A stretch of DNA of 62,016 bases, filler included. It is 4 parts of 4 records of this genome, joined end to end, with 100 filler letters (N's around TTAATTAATTAA, not from the genome) between each part and the next. Parts side by side here need not be neighbours in the genome. Positions count along the whole stretch, not along the records: positions 33,163 to 62,016 come from SRR31147125_20548; 3 more parts are not named here. One strand, given 5' to 3'. Position 1 is the stretch's first letter, and the number at the start of each line of letters is the position of its first letter. Below are positions 49,725 to 59,920 of the stretch, piece after piece. The notes beneath the pieces were generated by a model. That model searched no databases. It saw nothing but the letters and a program-made list of their open reading frames with translations, and was not told where the DNA came from. A program made the position numbers and the translations under genes.

Positions 49725-49919
49725 ATGAAAAATATCGGAACGAGCGACCGTGTTATTCGTATTATTATAGGTCTCGCGGTTTTGAGTTTGTTTTATGTTC
49801 TCAATCAGGAGCGAAGATATCTAGGCCTGCTGGGACTCATCCCGTTTGTGACCGGCCTTACGGGGTATTGCCCTATGTATGCGGCCTTGCACGTGAAAAC
49901 CAATAAACCCCGGCCCTGA
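49725..49919 (+). CDS. DUF2892/YgaP-like membrane protein
   Basis: MKNIGTSDRVIRIIIG..GLTGYCPMY; AAGGAGG RBS. Confidence 0.88.
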   Translation: MKNIGTSDRVIRIIIGLAVLSLFYVLNQERRYLGLLGLIPFVTGLTGYCPMYAALHVKTNKPRP

Positions 49920-49979
49920 GCAAACGCTTCTGGACACGAATCAGACGTGAAAAAGCGTCTGGTATTTTCGCCATGGTAA

Positions 49980-50022
49980 ACGCCCCAAAATGCCGCCTGA
50001 ATCGGGCGGAATTTTGGGGCGT
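49980..50022. terminator. Long hairpin between convergent genes
   Basis: ACGCCCCAAAAT-G-CCGCC...GGCGG-A-ATTTTGGGGCGT. Confidence 0.6.
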
Positions 50023-50090
50023 GTACAGTTTCATGAGTATAGGGTGGCGTGTGAGCGTATAAGCTGAGCAGCCAGCCGGCTGCTTAAAAG

Positions 50091-50912
50091 CTAATGCGAC
50101 CAGAGCTCGCCGATATCGAGACCCCATTTTTCGCTGAGCGTGATATAAAACGGCGCGCGTGGGTAATCCAGGTTCATATCGTATTTAAGGTGCCTGTAGC
50201 CGAAGCGCATGTCGTCGAGCGACTGGAGGCCTTCCATCATATTATCCAGCGCGTCGCCCCGGACAGAAAAGATGATCTCGTCCTCATCCACAAGGCTGCG
50301 CTCGTACTCGCCGGGGTCTGGCACGGCGATGTTGTACTTCTGGCCGTTTAACAGCGGGATTGTGGCGTAGCAGCAGGAGACGATCGTATCGGGCATGACG
50401 TCGAACACGTCGCCGTCCTGGAATTTAGTGGCCATAATGAGTGAGCGCATCTGAGAGATACGGCAATATGTAACGACGACGTCGGGTATAAAATTACACG
50501 TATCCAGCGGCGCGACCGAATAGCCGATTGGTGCTTTGTCGTATTGATCGACGTTGAGCCACGGGTATTTTTCCTTGAAAAATTTAAGGCTTTTTTGCGG
50601 GTCCCTCATGAAGAGCTTTGAGCCCACGTCATTGATGTCCTCCTCGTCGAGCGGACAGAACTTAAAGCACGCGTTGGGCCAGACGCACCAGTTATCTTCT
50701 TTGAAGAGTGTCAGATTGCTCCGGTTGCGCCGCGCCATGGCAAACGCCTGGCACATCGCCACATGTTTGCCGGTGTCCCGGAGCGGAACGACGGAGCCCT
50801 CAGGGATTTCATCTTCGCTGAAGATTAGCTTGAACGTGATAGGGGGGAAGCGGAGCAACAGCAGGTCCATCAGCTCTTTGCCTGCTTCGTTGAATTCGGA
50901 AACGGTATTCAT
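50091..50912 (-). CDS. DUF169-family protein
   Basis: CQAFAMARR, NWC, APL..FIPDVVV, PDPGE..DEDEIIFS. Confidence 0.8.
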   Translation of the reverse strand: MNTVSEFNEAGKELMDLLLLRFPPITFKLIFSEDEIPEGSVVPLRDTGKHVAMCQAFAMARRNRSNLTLFKEDNWCVWPNACFKFCPLDEEDINDVGSKLFMRDPQKSLKFFKEKYPWLNVDQYDKAPIGYSVAPLDTCNFIPDVVVTYCRISQMRSLIMATKFQDGDVFDVMPDTIVSCCYATIPLLNGQKYNIAVPDPGEYERSLVDEDEIIFSVRGDALDNMMEGLQSLDDMRFGYRHLKYDMNLDYPRAPFYITLSEKWGLDIGELWSH

Positions 50913-51001
50913 ACGGCGGCCTCCTTATTAGTTTTGTTGCTTCTATATTATCGCTATGTACAGCCCCGGTCAAGCGCGGCGTGTTAAAAGTCTTCATACA
51001 G

Positions 51002-51058
51002 CGGACGACCAATGGTCGTCCCTACAATAAGAGCGTAGGGGCGGCCACTGGCCGTCCG
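51002..51058. repeat. REP doublet (GTAG-type, inverted)
   Basis: CGGACGACCAATGGTCGTCC-CTAC, 9-nt spacer, GTAG-GGGCGGCCACTGGCCGTCCG. Confidence 0.75.
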
Positions 51059-51092
51059 TGGTTTTCTTAAAATACTGTATATGGCTGTTAGA

Positions 51093-52136
51093 CTATGATT
51101 TAAGCTTGATCCACAGCGCATCGTACAGGTCGAGTGTATCCTGCGGCAAATTGACATAGACCTGACACTTGTCGAGGATGTCGTCAGACGGGAACATGAC
51201 GGCGGCCGTGTCCGCGTCCAGCGTGGCGGCATACTCGGTGGCGGCGTCCTTGTTGGTCGTGGTGTACCAGATATAGTCCGTGTTCCGTACGGCGATATCG
51301 GTGCTGCTCATAAAGTTGATAAACAGCTCTGCGTTTTCCTTGTTGGCTGCGCCTTTCGGGATGCACATGGCGTCGACAAAGCGATTGGAGCCCTCCTGGG
51401 GGACGACAAAAGCCAGATCGGGGTTGTTTTCCACCATGGTGAGGTAGTCGCCGGCGTAATACGGCCCGATGGCGGCCTCGCCGCTTTCGAGCTTGTCGAA
51501 AATCTGGTCCATGACGTACGCCTGCACCAGCGGCTTTTGCGTTTCAAGCAGCTCATACGCCTCGTTCAGCTGGGCCTCGTCCGTCGTGTTGACGCTGTAG
51601 CCGAGCTTTAAAAGCGCGATGGCCAGCGCGTCCCGCGAGTTATCGAACATGAGAATCTGGCCGGAATAAGCCGGATCAAACAGCGCGTCCCAGCTGGTGA
51701 TCTCATCTGAGATCATGGAGGTGTTATAGATGATGCCGACGACGCCGGACATATAGGCCACTGAATATTCGCCCGTCGGGTCATATTCAAGGTTTTTATA
51801 GTCGTCGTCTATGAGACTGTAATTGGGGATGTTTGAAAAATCAAGCTTTTCCAGCATGTCCTCTTCAATCAGGCGGGAGATCATATAATCGGACGGGATG
51901 ATGACGTCGTAGCTGGAGCCGCCTGTTTTTAAGACGGAGTACATGGTCTCGTTGCTGGAAAAGGTGGTGTAGTTGACAGTGATGCCCGTTTCCTTTTCAA
52001 AATCGGCGAAAATACTTTCGTCGATATATTCGCCCCAGTTATAGACATTGACCTCTTTTTTCTCTTTGGCGCAGCCGGTCAGAAGAAATGACGCAGCCAG
52101 AACGGCGGTCAGCGCGAGCGCAAGCAGTTTTTTCAT
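51093..52136 (-). CDS. potD: Spermidine/putrescine-binding lipoprotein
   Basis: LTGC lipobox, VYNWGEYID, SNETMY, PSDYM, YYAGD, PQEGSN. Confidence 0.92.
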   Translation of the reverse strand: MKKLLALALTAVLAASFLLTGCAKEKKEVNVYNWGEYIDESIFADFEKETGITVNYTTFSSNETMYSVLKTGGSSYDVIIPSDYMISRLIEEDMLEKLDFSNIPNYSLIDDDYKNLEYDPTGEYSVAYMSGVVGIIYNTSMISDEITSWDALFDPAYSGQILMFDNSRDALAIALLKLGYSVNTTDEAQLNEAYELLETQKPLVQAYVMDQIFDKLESGEAAIGPYYAGDYLTMVENNPDLAFVVPQEGSNRFVDAMCIPKGAANKENAELFINFMSSTDIAVRNTDYIWYTTTNKDAATEYAATLDADTAAVMFPSDDILDKCQVYVNLPQDTLDLYDALWIKLKS

Positions 52137-52155
52137 GGTGGTACCTCCGGTGTTT

Positions 52156-52977
52156 TTATTTATAGGCGGAGACGCGTTTTTTCGCCTGTTTTTCCTGACG
52201 CATCTCCCGGATGTTGATAATGAGCAGTAATATTAAAACAAAGACGAACAGCAGCGTCGATACGGCGTTAATCTTAGGGCTGATGCGCTTGCGCGTCATG
52301 GCGTAGATCGTCATGGACAGCGTCTGGACCTTTGACCCGGCCGTAAAGTAGCTGATAACGAAATCGTCCACCGAGAGGGTAAAGGCGATGATAAGGCCAT
52401 TGATGACGCCGGGCATAATCTCGGGGATAATCACCTTGTAAAACGCCTGGAACCACGTGCAGCCAAGGTCCTGCGCGGCGTCCACAAGATTTTTGTCCAG
52501 CTGGCGCAGCTTTGGCATGATCGACAAAATAACATACGGAATATTAAAGGTGATGTGCGCGATGAGCAGTGTCCCGAAGCCAAGCTCAAACTTTAGCAGG
52601 GACCCGAGCGACACGAACAGCAGGCACAGCGATACACCCATGACAATATCGGCGTTGACGACAGGAATGTTATTGACGGCCAGAAGCGGGCCGCTCCAGC
52701 GTCGGCGCATGTTGCTCAGACCAATGGCGGCAAACGTCCCTGCGACAGTGGCGACGACGGCCGCGAGGATGGACACCGTCAGCGTCGTCGTCAGTGACGA
52801 CATGATGGTGCTGTCGTGGAAAAGCTGGCGGTACCAGTCCAGTGTAAAGCCCGTCCAGACCGTGCGGCTTTTCGTGGAGTTAAATGAAAAGACAATTAAA
52901 ATGGCGATGGGTGCGTACAGGAAGATGAAAATGAGCACGAGAAACCCGCGGCTTATAAACGTCGGGCGTTTTTTCAC
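52156..52977 (-). CDS. potC: Spermidine/putrescine ABC permease
   Basis: FLYAPI..FSFN..GFTLDWY, AHITFNIPY, DAAQDLG, FTLSVDDF. Confidence 0.92.
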   Translation of the reverse strand: MKKRPTFISRGFLVLIFIFLYAPIAILIVFSFNSTKSRTVWTGFTLDWYRQLFHDSTIMSSLTTTLTVSILAAVVATVAGTFAAIGLSNMRRRWSGPLLAVNNIPVVNADIVMGVSLCLLFVSLGSLLKFELGFGTLLIAHITFNIPYVILSIMPKLRQLDKNLVDAAQDLGCTWFQAFYKVIIPEIMPGVINGLIIAFTLSVDDFVISYFTAGSKVQTLSMTIYAMTRKRISPKINAVSTLLFVFVLILLLIINIREMRQEKQAKKRVSAYK

Positions 52978-53786
52978 AGCATCACCGCCTGTTCTTCGCC
53001 TGCGCCGAAGCGGTTCATCAGCCACATGCAGGCCATGACGACGACCATCATCACAAGCGCGATAGCCGAGCCGAGGTGCGGGTTATACGCCGAGCCGAGA
53101 AACTGCATTTCAATCAGGTCGCCCAGAAGCATATTGGTTCCGCCGCCCAGAAGCTGCGAGATAACAAACGTCGAGACCGCCGGGACAAATACCATCGTAA
53201 TGCCCGACAGAACACCCGGCAGGCTGAGCGGAAAGATGACCTTTCTGAAAATGGAAATGGAGCCGGCCCCCAAATCTTGCGCGGCCTCAATAAGGCTGCG
53301 GTCAATTTTAACGATAACGGAATAGACCGGCAGGATCATAAACGGCAGGAAGTTATACACCATACCGATGACAACCGCCGCCGGTGTGTTAATGATACTG
53401 AGGGTCGGCAGGTTTAATAATTGCAGCAGGCGGTTTAAAAGGCCCGTGTTTTCCAAAATAGACATCCATGCGTATGTGCGCAGCAGGAAATTCATCCACA
53501 TGGGGAGCATGATAAGCATTAAAAGCACGCGCTGGATGCGCGGTCGCTCTTTGGACAGGATATACGCTACGGGGTAGCCGAGGAGGAGGCAGACCACCGT
53601 TGAGACGCCTGCCAGGAAAAACGAGCGGCCGAACACGGAGGCGTATTCGCCCATTGTTGAGAAGTTACTGAGCGTGAAGCTGCCGTCGGCATTTGTCAGG
53701 GCATAGATAAAAACAATGATAACAGGCGTGACGACGAAGACCGCCATCCACCCGACGTACGGTACGGCGAGAGATCTAAGCTTCAT
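52974..53786 (-). CDS. potB: Spermidine/putrescine ABC permease
   Basis: [31 protein letters not shown]. Confidence 0.92.
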   Translation of the reverse strand: MKLRSLAVPYVGWMAVFVVTPVIIVFIYALTNADGSFTLSNFSTMGEYASVFGRSFFLAGVSTVVCLLLGYPVAYILSKERPRIQRVLLMLIMLPMWMNFLLRTYAWMSILENTGLLNRLLQLLNLPTLSIINTPAAVVIGMVYNFLPFMILPVYSVIVKIDRSLIEAAQDLGAGSISIFRKVIFPLSLPGVLSGITMVFVPAVSTFVISQLLGGGTNMLLGDLIEMQFLGSAYNPHLGSAIALVMMVVVMACMWLMNRFGAGEEQAVML

Positions 53787-54984
53787 AGAACGCGTCCTCC
53801 GCCGCCGGCTCCTCCGGCTCGTAATCAGCATCGCTGATCTCGTCGTATTCGGCGCTGTAGGAGCTGTAATCGCCGAAGAGGCCGGAGTACGCGCTCTTTT
53901 TCATGACGTGGATGCCGTCAGGGTCGATCTTGATCCCGATGCGGGAGCCAACCGGACAGAAATCGGTCGTCTGGATGAGCCATTTAAAGCCCTTGAAGTC
54001 GACGATGATATCGTAATGGACGCCCTTGAAGGTGATATTTGTCACAGAGCCGGTCAGCATGCCGTCGCCCACCTCAACGATGTCGATGTCCTCGGGCCGG
54101 ATGACGACGTCTACCGGCTCCTTTTCATTAAACCCATTGTCAAGGCATTTGAATTTCCGGCCGAAGATCTCCACAACGCCGTCGGAGATCATCGTGCCGT
54201 CGACGATGTTGCTCTCGCCAATGAAATCGGCCACGAACGCGTTAACGGGCTCGTTATAGATAGCCTCGGGCTTGCCGATCTGCTGGATAACGCCGCCGTC
54301 CATCACGACCACGGTGTCGCTCATTGCCAGAGCTTCCTCCTGGTCGTGGGTGACATATACAAAGGTGATGCCCGTGGCTTTATGGATACGCTTGAGCTCG
54401 TTTTGCATATCCTTTCGAAGACGCATATCCAAAGCGCCGAGGGGCTCGTCCAGAAGAAGCACCTTCGGCTTGTTGACGAGCGCGCGGGCTATGGCCACGC
54501 GCTGCTGCTGTCCGCCGGACAGGGAGGCCACATCGCGGTGCTCGAAGCCCGTGAGGCTCACAACCTTCAGCATGTCCATGACGCGCTCGTCGATCTCCTC
54601 TTTGGTGAGGCGCGGCAGCGGGTCCGGGGCTTTTTGGCCGGGCAGCGGCTTTTTGGGCTTTTTATGCCGGGCGATACGCAGGCCGAACGCCACGTTTTCA
54701 AAGACGTTTAAGTGCGGGAACAGCGCGTATTTCTGAAATACCGTATTAACTGCCCGTTTGTAGGGCGGGACAGTGTTAATCCTCACACCGTCAAAGAAGA
54801 CGTCTCCGGACGTTGGAGTCACGAAGCCGCCTAAAATCCGCAGCGTTGTGGTTTTACCGCAGCCGCTGGGTCCTAACAGTGTGAGGAATTCTTTATCATT
54901 TATGACGAGATCTATACTGTTTAAAACAATTTCTCCGTCAAACGCCATCGTGCAGTCACTTAGGCGAATCAACTCTTTGGACAT
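53776..54984 (-). CDS. potA: Spermidine/putrescine ABC ATPase
   Basis: [39 protein letters not shown]. Confidence 0.93.
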   Translation of the reverse strand: MSKELIRLSDCTMAFDGEIVLNSIDLVINDKEFLTLLGPSGCGKTTTLRILGGFVTPTSGDVFFDGVRINTVPPYKRAVNTVFQKYALFPHLNVFENVAFGLRIARHKKPKKPLPGQKAPDPLPRLTKEEIDERVMDMLKVVSLTGFEHRDVASLSGGQQQRVAIARALVNKPKVLLLDEPLGALDMRLRKDMQNELKRIHKATGITFVYVTHDQEEALAMSDTVVVMDGGVIQQIGKPEAIYNEPVNAFVADFIGESNIVDGTMISDGVVEIFGRKFKCLDNGFNEKEPVDVVIRPEDIDIVEVGDGMLTGSVTNITFKGVHYDIIVDFKGFKWLIQTTDFCPVGSRIGIKIDPDGIHVMKKSAYSGLFGDYSSYSAEYDEISDADYEPEEPAAEDAFYEA

Positions 54985-55135
54985 CTATCGGCCCCCATTT
55001 CACCGTAAAGTCAGGGGAGATACTCTCCGCTTAGAAAACAGGATAAATATACATTTTATATATAGGAATGTCAATCGATATCAATGTATTTTTCGACAAA
55101 ATTCGCGCCAAATTAATCAGGACGATGGGTCGCCG

Positions 55136-56098
55136 CTATTCCGCCTCAAAGTATTTCTGCACAAAATCAACATCTTTAACGCTGTATTCGCGGCCTTTTA
55201 AATACGCCAGCGCGCCGGCGTCTGTTTTAAAATCGAATACGAGCCTGTATGAGCAAAGGGCCTGTCCCTTTTCGCCATAGGCGCGGTTTTTTCTTTCGCT
55301 GCCGTATTTGCCGTCGCCTAAAAGAGGATGGCCCGCATGCGCCAGCTGTGCCCGGATTTGATGCGTACGGCCTGTGATAAGCCGGCATTCCACGAGCGAC
55401 AGGCCGCCCTTAACCTGGAGCGTTTTATATTCGGTTACAGCCGTCTTAGAGCCGATAACACTCTTGTCCGACACGAATACCTGATTTTTTTTCGCATCCT
55501 TGAATAAAAAACCTTCCAGACGTCCGCTTTTCGGTTTCAGCTCGCCGTGGACAGCGGCGAGATAGTATTTTTCCACCTCGCGGTTTTTAATCTTCTCGTT
55601 CATGATCCGCAGCGCCTCGGCGTTTTTAGCGGCGATGACGATGCCGGAGGTGTTGCGGTCAATCCGGTTGCACAGGGCGGGGGCAAAGGCGTTTTCCGCA
55701 CGTGGCTTATATTCGCCTTTGGCATACAGGTAGGCCTGTATATTGGCGATGAGCGTATTGTAAGACCATGCGCCGTCGCTGTGGCATAAAACGCCCGCGG
55801 GTTTATTGACGAGCAGGATGTTGTCGTCCTCGTAAACAACGTCCAGCTCCGGCGCTGATATTTTTAAATAGGCATTGTCTTCCGTCGGCGCCTCGAAAAA
55901 CTCGTCGTTGACGTACATCTGCACCGTGTCGCCGGCGGTGAGCTTGACGTCGCGTTTTGTACCTTTGCCGTTGAGCTTAATGCGTTTTAAACGAATGTAC
56001 TTTTGTGCCAAAGACGACGGCAAAAGCGGCACTGCTTTGGATACAAAGCGGTCCAGCCGCTGACCGGCGTCATTTTGTTTAATCGTGAATTCTTTCAA
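55136..56098 (-). CDS. RluA/RluC-family pseudouridine synthase with S4 domain
   Basis: GQRLDRF, VNKPAG, NRIDRNTSG, TGRTHQIR, GDGKYG; start placed at TTG after AAAGGCGG. Confidence 0.92.
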   Translation of the reverse strand: MKEFTIKQNDAGQRLDRFVSKAVPLLPSSLAQKYIRLKRIKLNGKGTKRDVKLTAGDTVQMYVNDEFFEAPTEDNAYLKISAPELDVVYEDDNILLVNKPAGVLCHSDGAWSYNTLIANIQAYLYAKGEYKPRAENAFAPALCNRIDRNTSGIVIAAKNAEALRIMNEKIKNREVEKYYLAAVHGELKPKSGRLEGFLFKDAKKNQVFVSDKSVIGSKTAVTEYKTLQVKGGLSLVECRLITGRTHQIRAQLAHAGHPLLGDGKYGSERKNRAYGEKGQALCSYRLVFDFKTDAGALAYLKGREYSVKDVDFVQKYFEAE

Positions 56099-56495
56099 GC
56101 TTATACCGCCTTTTAATGTGCTGACCTGATATACGCCATTATAACAGGAAAATGAGAAAAAAATCATTCTTTCTCTCATATTTTATATTGGAAAGGTTAA
56201 GCGATGAAACCGGCATTGACAGCCGCCAATCCGTATACCCAGTGTGGGATGTCGGGCGCTGACATTCCCGTAATAGTATGGCGATGCGGCATTTTGTATG
56301 TGGGCAACGACATCAACGAAAAAGTTATAATCGTCAAATAAGGCAGAATAATGTTGACAACAAAAACAACAATAAAGTATTATTATGGTAAAATAAAAAA
56401 TTCTGGAACTAGATAAAAATAAGCGATAAGTGAGATGATTTCGGTGCTGATATTGGTACAGCGAAAGCTGAAAACAGCTGTTAAGATGATCAACG

Positions 56496-57185
56496 TTGTT
56501 TATGCTTGAGGCCGCTTATGACCCGGCCAAAGCCGGTGCGCATTTCTGTGACTTCTGCGGTAAAGAGCTGTTGGGCGGCGAGCATTACGCCTACCGAGAC
56601 GGACGGGAGAGCTGCGTCCAGTGCGCTGTCTTCGCCCTGACGAGCGAGGATGAGTTCAAAGCGGTCTTCCAGAGCGTGCAGCGGAATATGGAAGCTTTCT
56701 TCGGTATTAAAATCGCCTCGGGCATCAAGGCCCGTATAACGAACGCCAAAAAGATTGCCCGGCATGTCAACAAGAGATTCGTGCCGACGTCGGCAGCTGA
56801 CAACCGGACGGTGGGTTTTGCCAAGCGCGACAGGAATGGGTTCAGCTTCTATATTGAAAACGGTGCTCCGCGCCTGTCCGCCGTGGCGACCATTGTCCAC
56901 GAGCTTACGCACATCTGGCAGTATCAAAACTGGAAGAAATCTGATTTATGTCGGTATTATGGTGAGGATGTGCTGGAGATTTATGAAGGTATGGCCAAAT
57001 GGGTCGAGATACAATACCTGTATCGGATTAACGAGACATGGTATGCCGGCCGCCAGGAGGTCACCACGCACGTGCGCGGCGACGTCTATGGAACAGGCTT
57101 CAACAAGTACTGCCGCAAATACCCGCTGACCCGGCAGGCCCAAATAGGCGGTGTCACGCCGTTTGACGTATTCCCGCCGATATAA
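56496..57185 (+). CDS. Zinc-finger (LIM-like) + HEXXH metallopeptidase (DA1-like) protein
   Basis: CDFC..CVQC; VHELTHIWQ; EIYEGMAKW; VYGTGF. Confidence 0.7.
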   Translation: MFMLEAAYDPAKAGAHFCDFCGKELLGGEHYAYRDGRESCVQCAVFALTSEDEFKAVFQSVQRNMEAFFGIKIASGIKARITNAKKIARHVNKRFVPTSAADNRTVGFAKRDRNGFSFYIENGAPRLSAVATIVHELTHIWQYQNWKKSDLCRYYGEDVLEIYEGMAKWVEIQYLYRINETWYAGRQEVTTHVRGDVYGTGFNKYCRKYPLTRQAQIGGVTPFDVFPPI

Positions 57186-57226
57186 CTCGGACAGGGCTAA
57201 TCTCAATTTCATCATACAGTAAAACG

Positions 57227-57287
57227 AAGCCCCTGCCATCCGGCAGGGGCTTATATCATTAAAACAGTCGCTTAGTGCGACTGTTTT
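57227..57287. terminator. Two adjacent terminator hairpins between convergent genes
   Basis: AAGCCCCTGCC/GGCAGGGGCTT and AAAACAGTCGC/GCGACTGTTTT. Confidence 0.75.
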
Positions 57288-57292
57288 GACGT

Positions 57293-57778
57293 CTATGAAA
57301 ATAGCACATGCCTTGGTACTATAACAAAATCGAGATAAAGATAATAATCATCGTTCTGCTTTACGATAACTGCAGATTTCGGTACGCTTAATATATAAGA
57401 ACCGAAAATATTCTTGGGTCCACACTCTAGTCCCTCGAAAGCCGTTACTATACATGTTTCATCTAAGTCCCACCAATGTGGTTTAAAATTATACGTTAAA
57501 AATCTATAGTCATCAAACATTCCCATTGATAATTCATTTTGAAGATTATTCAACAAGCTGTCAAGTTCGTTCTGTTCAAAAGAGATTTTAGCTTCAAAAT
57601 AATCACGCCACCGGTTATAGCTAAATTCTTCTATTTTTGCCGAACTGGGCAGTAAATCGCCAAATTTACTTTTTATTATTCTATCAGGATCATTGGTTAT
57701 TAAGTAAAATAAGCCAAGCATTAGCACAACAAAGGCGACGGATATCAAAAGGATAAAGCGCAGAGGTTTTCTTTTCAT
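57293..57778 (-). CDS. Hypothetical N-terminally membrane-anchored protein, AT-rich
   Basis: Basic N-terminus + TM helix; PHWWDL motif. Confidence 0.65.
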   Translation of the reverse strand: MKRKPLRFILLISVAFVVLMLGLFYLITNDPDRIIKSKFGDLLPSSAKIEEFSYNRWRDYFEAKISFEQNELDSLLNNLQNELSMGMFDDYRFLTYNFKPHWWDLDETCIVTAFEGLECGPKNIFGSYILSVPKSAVIVKQNDDYYLYLDFVIVPRHVLFS

Positions 57779-57921
57779 AAATTAGTCCGCCCTTATGAAG
57801 CATTATAGGAATAAGACATTATATATGTATTAATATAACAATAAATGTATTTTCGGCGAATCTATAATATCGTTAATGGGTGATAACTGCAAGGCAAATG
57901 AATAGCTCTTTATGGCAAACG

Positions 57922-57969
57922 GTTGACAATGCAACTAAATTTTGATAAAATAGTTGACAATGCAACTAA
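57922..57969 (+). promoter_or_regulatory. marR promoter with two operator copies
   Basis: GTTGACAATGCAACTAA at 57922 and 57953; TTGACA-17-TAAAAT. Confidence 0.8.
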
Positions 57970-58002
57970 TGTACTGTGAGATTTCAGAAAGGGAAGCTTC
58001 TA

Positions 58003-58449
58003 ATGAAAGACGCTCCGGATGAATTGTATCGATCCATAGGTAAATGGATCTCTGTTTTATACCGTAAGTTTCAAATTGATATAAACAAGGCTTTAAAGCC
58101 GTATGCCTTAAATTCATCTCAATATGTATTTCTGGTGCAGCTTTATAAAGAGGATTGCGTCAGCCAGGATTATTTGTCTAAAAAATTATATATAGATAAA
58201 AGCGCAGCGGCAAGGGCACTCAAGCAATTGGAGAACAGCGGCTATGTCACCAGAAAAGTAAACCCTCTAGACAAACGAAGTAATCTTGTTTGTTTAACGG
58301 ATAAAGCCGGTGCGATTGAAAACGAGCTGCGGGCATTATTAGTGCGATGGAATGAAAAGCTTACAAAAAGCTTAAAGAACGATGAGTATGACTTGGTTTA
58401 CAACACACTTAAGCAGATGGCGGAAGATATACTCTGCGACGGAGGATGA
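58003..58449 (+). CDS. MarR-family regulator
   Basis: SQDYLS..IDKSAAARALKQLE..GYV..DKRSNLVCLT. Confidence 0.92.
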   Translation: MKDAPDELYRSIGKWISVLYRKFQIDINKALKPYALNSSQYVFLVQLYKEDCVSQDYLSKKLYIDKSAAARALKQLENSGYVTRKVNPLDKRSNLVCLTDKAGAIENELRALLVRWNEKLTKSLKNDEYDLVYNTLKQMAEDILCDGG

Positions 58450-59801
58450 TTATGGCAAGGATAAAGAAACCGGATATTCTCAGCGGCGATATTAAAAAGG
58501 TGTTAATGCAATTAACCATTCCTATGATACTGGGGGTATTAGGAATGGTTGCATTTAATTTAACAGATACATATTTTGTTAGCAGACTTGGTACCTTGGA
58601 AATGGCCGCAATATCTTTTACATTTCCGGTTGTGTTGGTTATAAACAGCTTGATTCAAGGCGTCGGTGTCGGGACTTCCGCCGCTATTTCCAACGCGGTT
58701 GGAAGTAAAGATGATGATAAAGTGAAAACACTGGCTACCAGCAGCTTACTGCTGGGCCTGGCCATAGCCATTATTGCGGTTATTATTGGCGAATTGACCA
58801 TAAAGCCATTATTCACTTTACTGGGCGCTGATGATCAGGTCATGCCTTATTTAATACGCTATATGCGCGTTTGGTATGCCGCCTCATTATTTGTAGCGAT
58901 ACCGATGGTAGGGAATAATGCAATCAGAGCTTTAGGAGATACCAAAACCCCCAGCGTTGTCATGCTGATTGCGGCTGCAGTTAATATCGGGCTGGACCCG
59001 ATTATGATATTTGGCATTGGCAGCTTTCAAGGATTTGGCATTACGGGAGCTGCGCTGGCAACGGTCATATCACGGTGTATTACTTTTTTAGTGGCCATTT
59101 ATGTTCTGTTTTTCAGAGAAAAAGCTGTAAAATTTAAAGGCATGCTGATCAATGATCTGATAAAATCATGGAAAGAGATACTCTTCGTCGGTATGCCAAA
59201 TGCTTTGGCCAGGATTATTTTGCCGATCGGAACGGGCATTATTACAGGTCTGATTGCAACGCTTGGGAATGCCGCTGTTGCCGGATATGGGATCGCAACC
59301 AAGCTTGAATTTATGTTCTTTTCAATTTTCATGTCCCTGGCCTCTGTGATTCCGATATTTGTCGGGCAGAATTTTGGCGCAAAACAGAATGACCGTATCC
59401 TAAAGGGTGTTTCTTTCAGTGAACTATTTTCTATTATTTATGGCCTTGGTGTTTGCGTAATACTCTTTTTTGCGGGAAGGCCAATTGCACGATTATTCAG
59501 TGACAGCGAACAGGTTATAGACGTTGTTTCCACTTATCTGAGGATTGTGCCGATAAGCTATGGCTTTTATGGCGTCATGCAAATTTTAAACAGCTCATAT
59601 AACGCGCTTAAAAAGCCTATAAAGGCATCTCTTATTAACTTAACGCAAGTGCTTGCCATATTTGTCCCGTTGGCCAGCTTAACGGTTAATTCATTCGGTA
59701 TGTACGGGATTTTTGGCTCACTGGCGGCGTCGTACCTCATTGTAGGCGTTGGCTTCCATTTAATCTGGAAAAAAGACAGCGTCAAGCTGAGCGCGTGTTA
59801 A
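58446..59801 (+). CDS. MATE efflux transporter
   Basis: FNLTDTYFV, RALGDTKTP, NIGLDP, GITGAALATV, VGQNFGA. Confidence 0.93.
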   Translation: MIMARIKKPDILSGDIKKVLMQLTIPMILGVLGMVAFNLTDTYFVSRLGTLEMAAISFTFPVVLVINSLIQGVGVGTSAAISNAVGSKDDDKVKTLATSSLLLGLAIAIIAVIIGELTIKPLFTLLGADDQVMPYLIRYMRVWYAASLFVAIPMVGNNAIRALGDTKTPSVVMLIAAAVNIGLDPIMIFGIGSFQGFGITGAALATVISRCITFLVAIYVLFFREKAVKFKGMLINDLIKSWKEILFVGMPNALARIILPIGTGIITGLIATLGNAAVAGYGIATKLEFMFFSIFMSLASVIPIFVGQNFGAKQNDRILKGVSFSELFSIIYGLGVCVILFFAGRPIARLFSDSEQVIDVVSTYLRIVPISYGFYGVMQILNSSYNALKKPIKASLINLTQVLAIFVPLASLTVNSFGMYGIFGSLAASYLIVGVGFHLIWKKDSVKLSAC

Positions 59802-59866
59802 GCAAAATGCAGAAATACGGACGAAATTGGACATGATAGACGTTAGATTAAAGAACAAAAAATAGT

Positions 59867-59895
59867 TTGACAACATTTGCTTTATCAATTATAAT
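59867..59895 (+). promoter_or_regulatory. Sigma-A promoter of yceD-rpmF
   Basis: TTGACA-17-TATAAT. Confidence 0.85.
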
Positions 59896-59920
59896 GTCAT
59901 GGCGAATGAGATGGTGTGAT

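Noticed and set aside
53716-54711. 331-aa plus-strand ORF and similar long antisense ORFs (35552-36199, 46979-47620, 39436-39972)
   Set aside because: Antisense shadows of GC-rich, codon-biased genes (potA, glyA, yebC, rarA)
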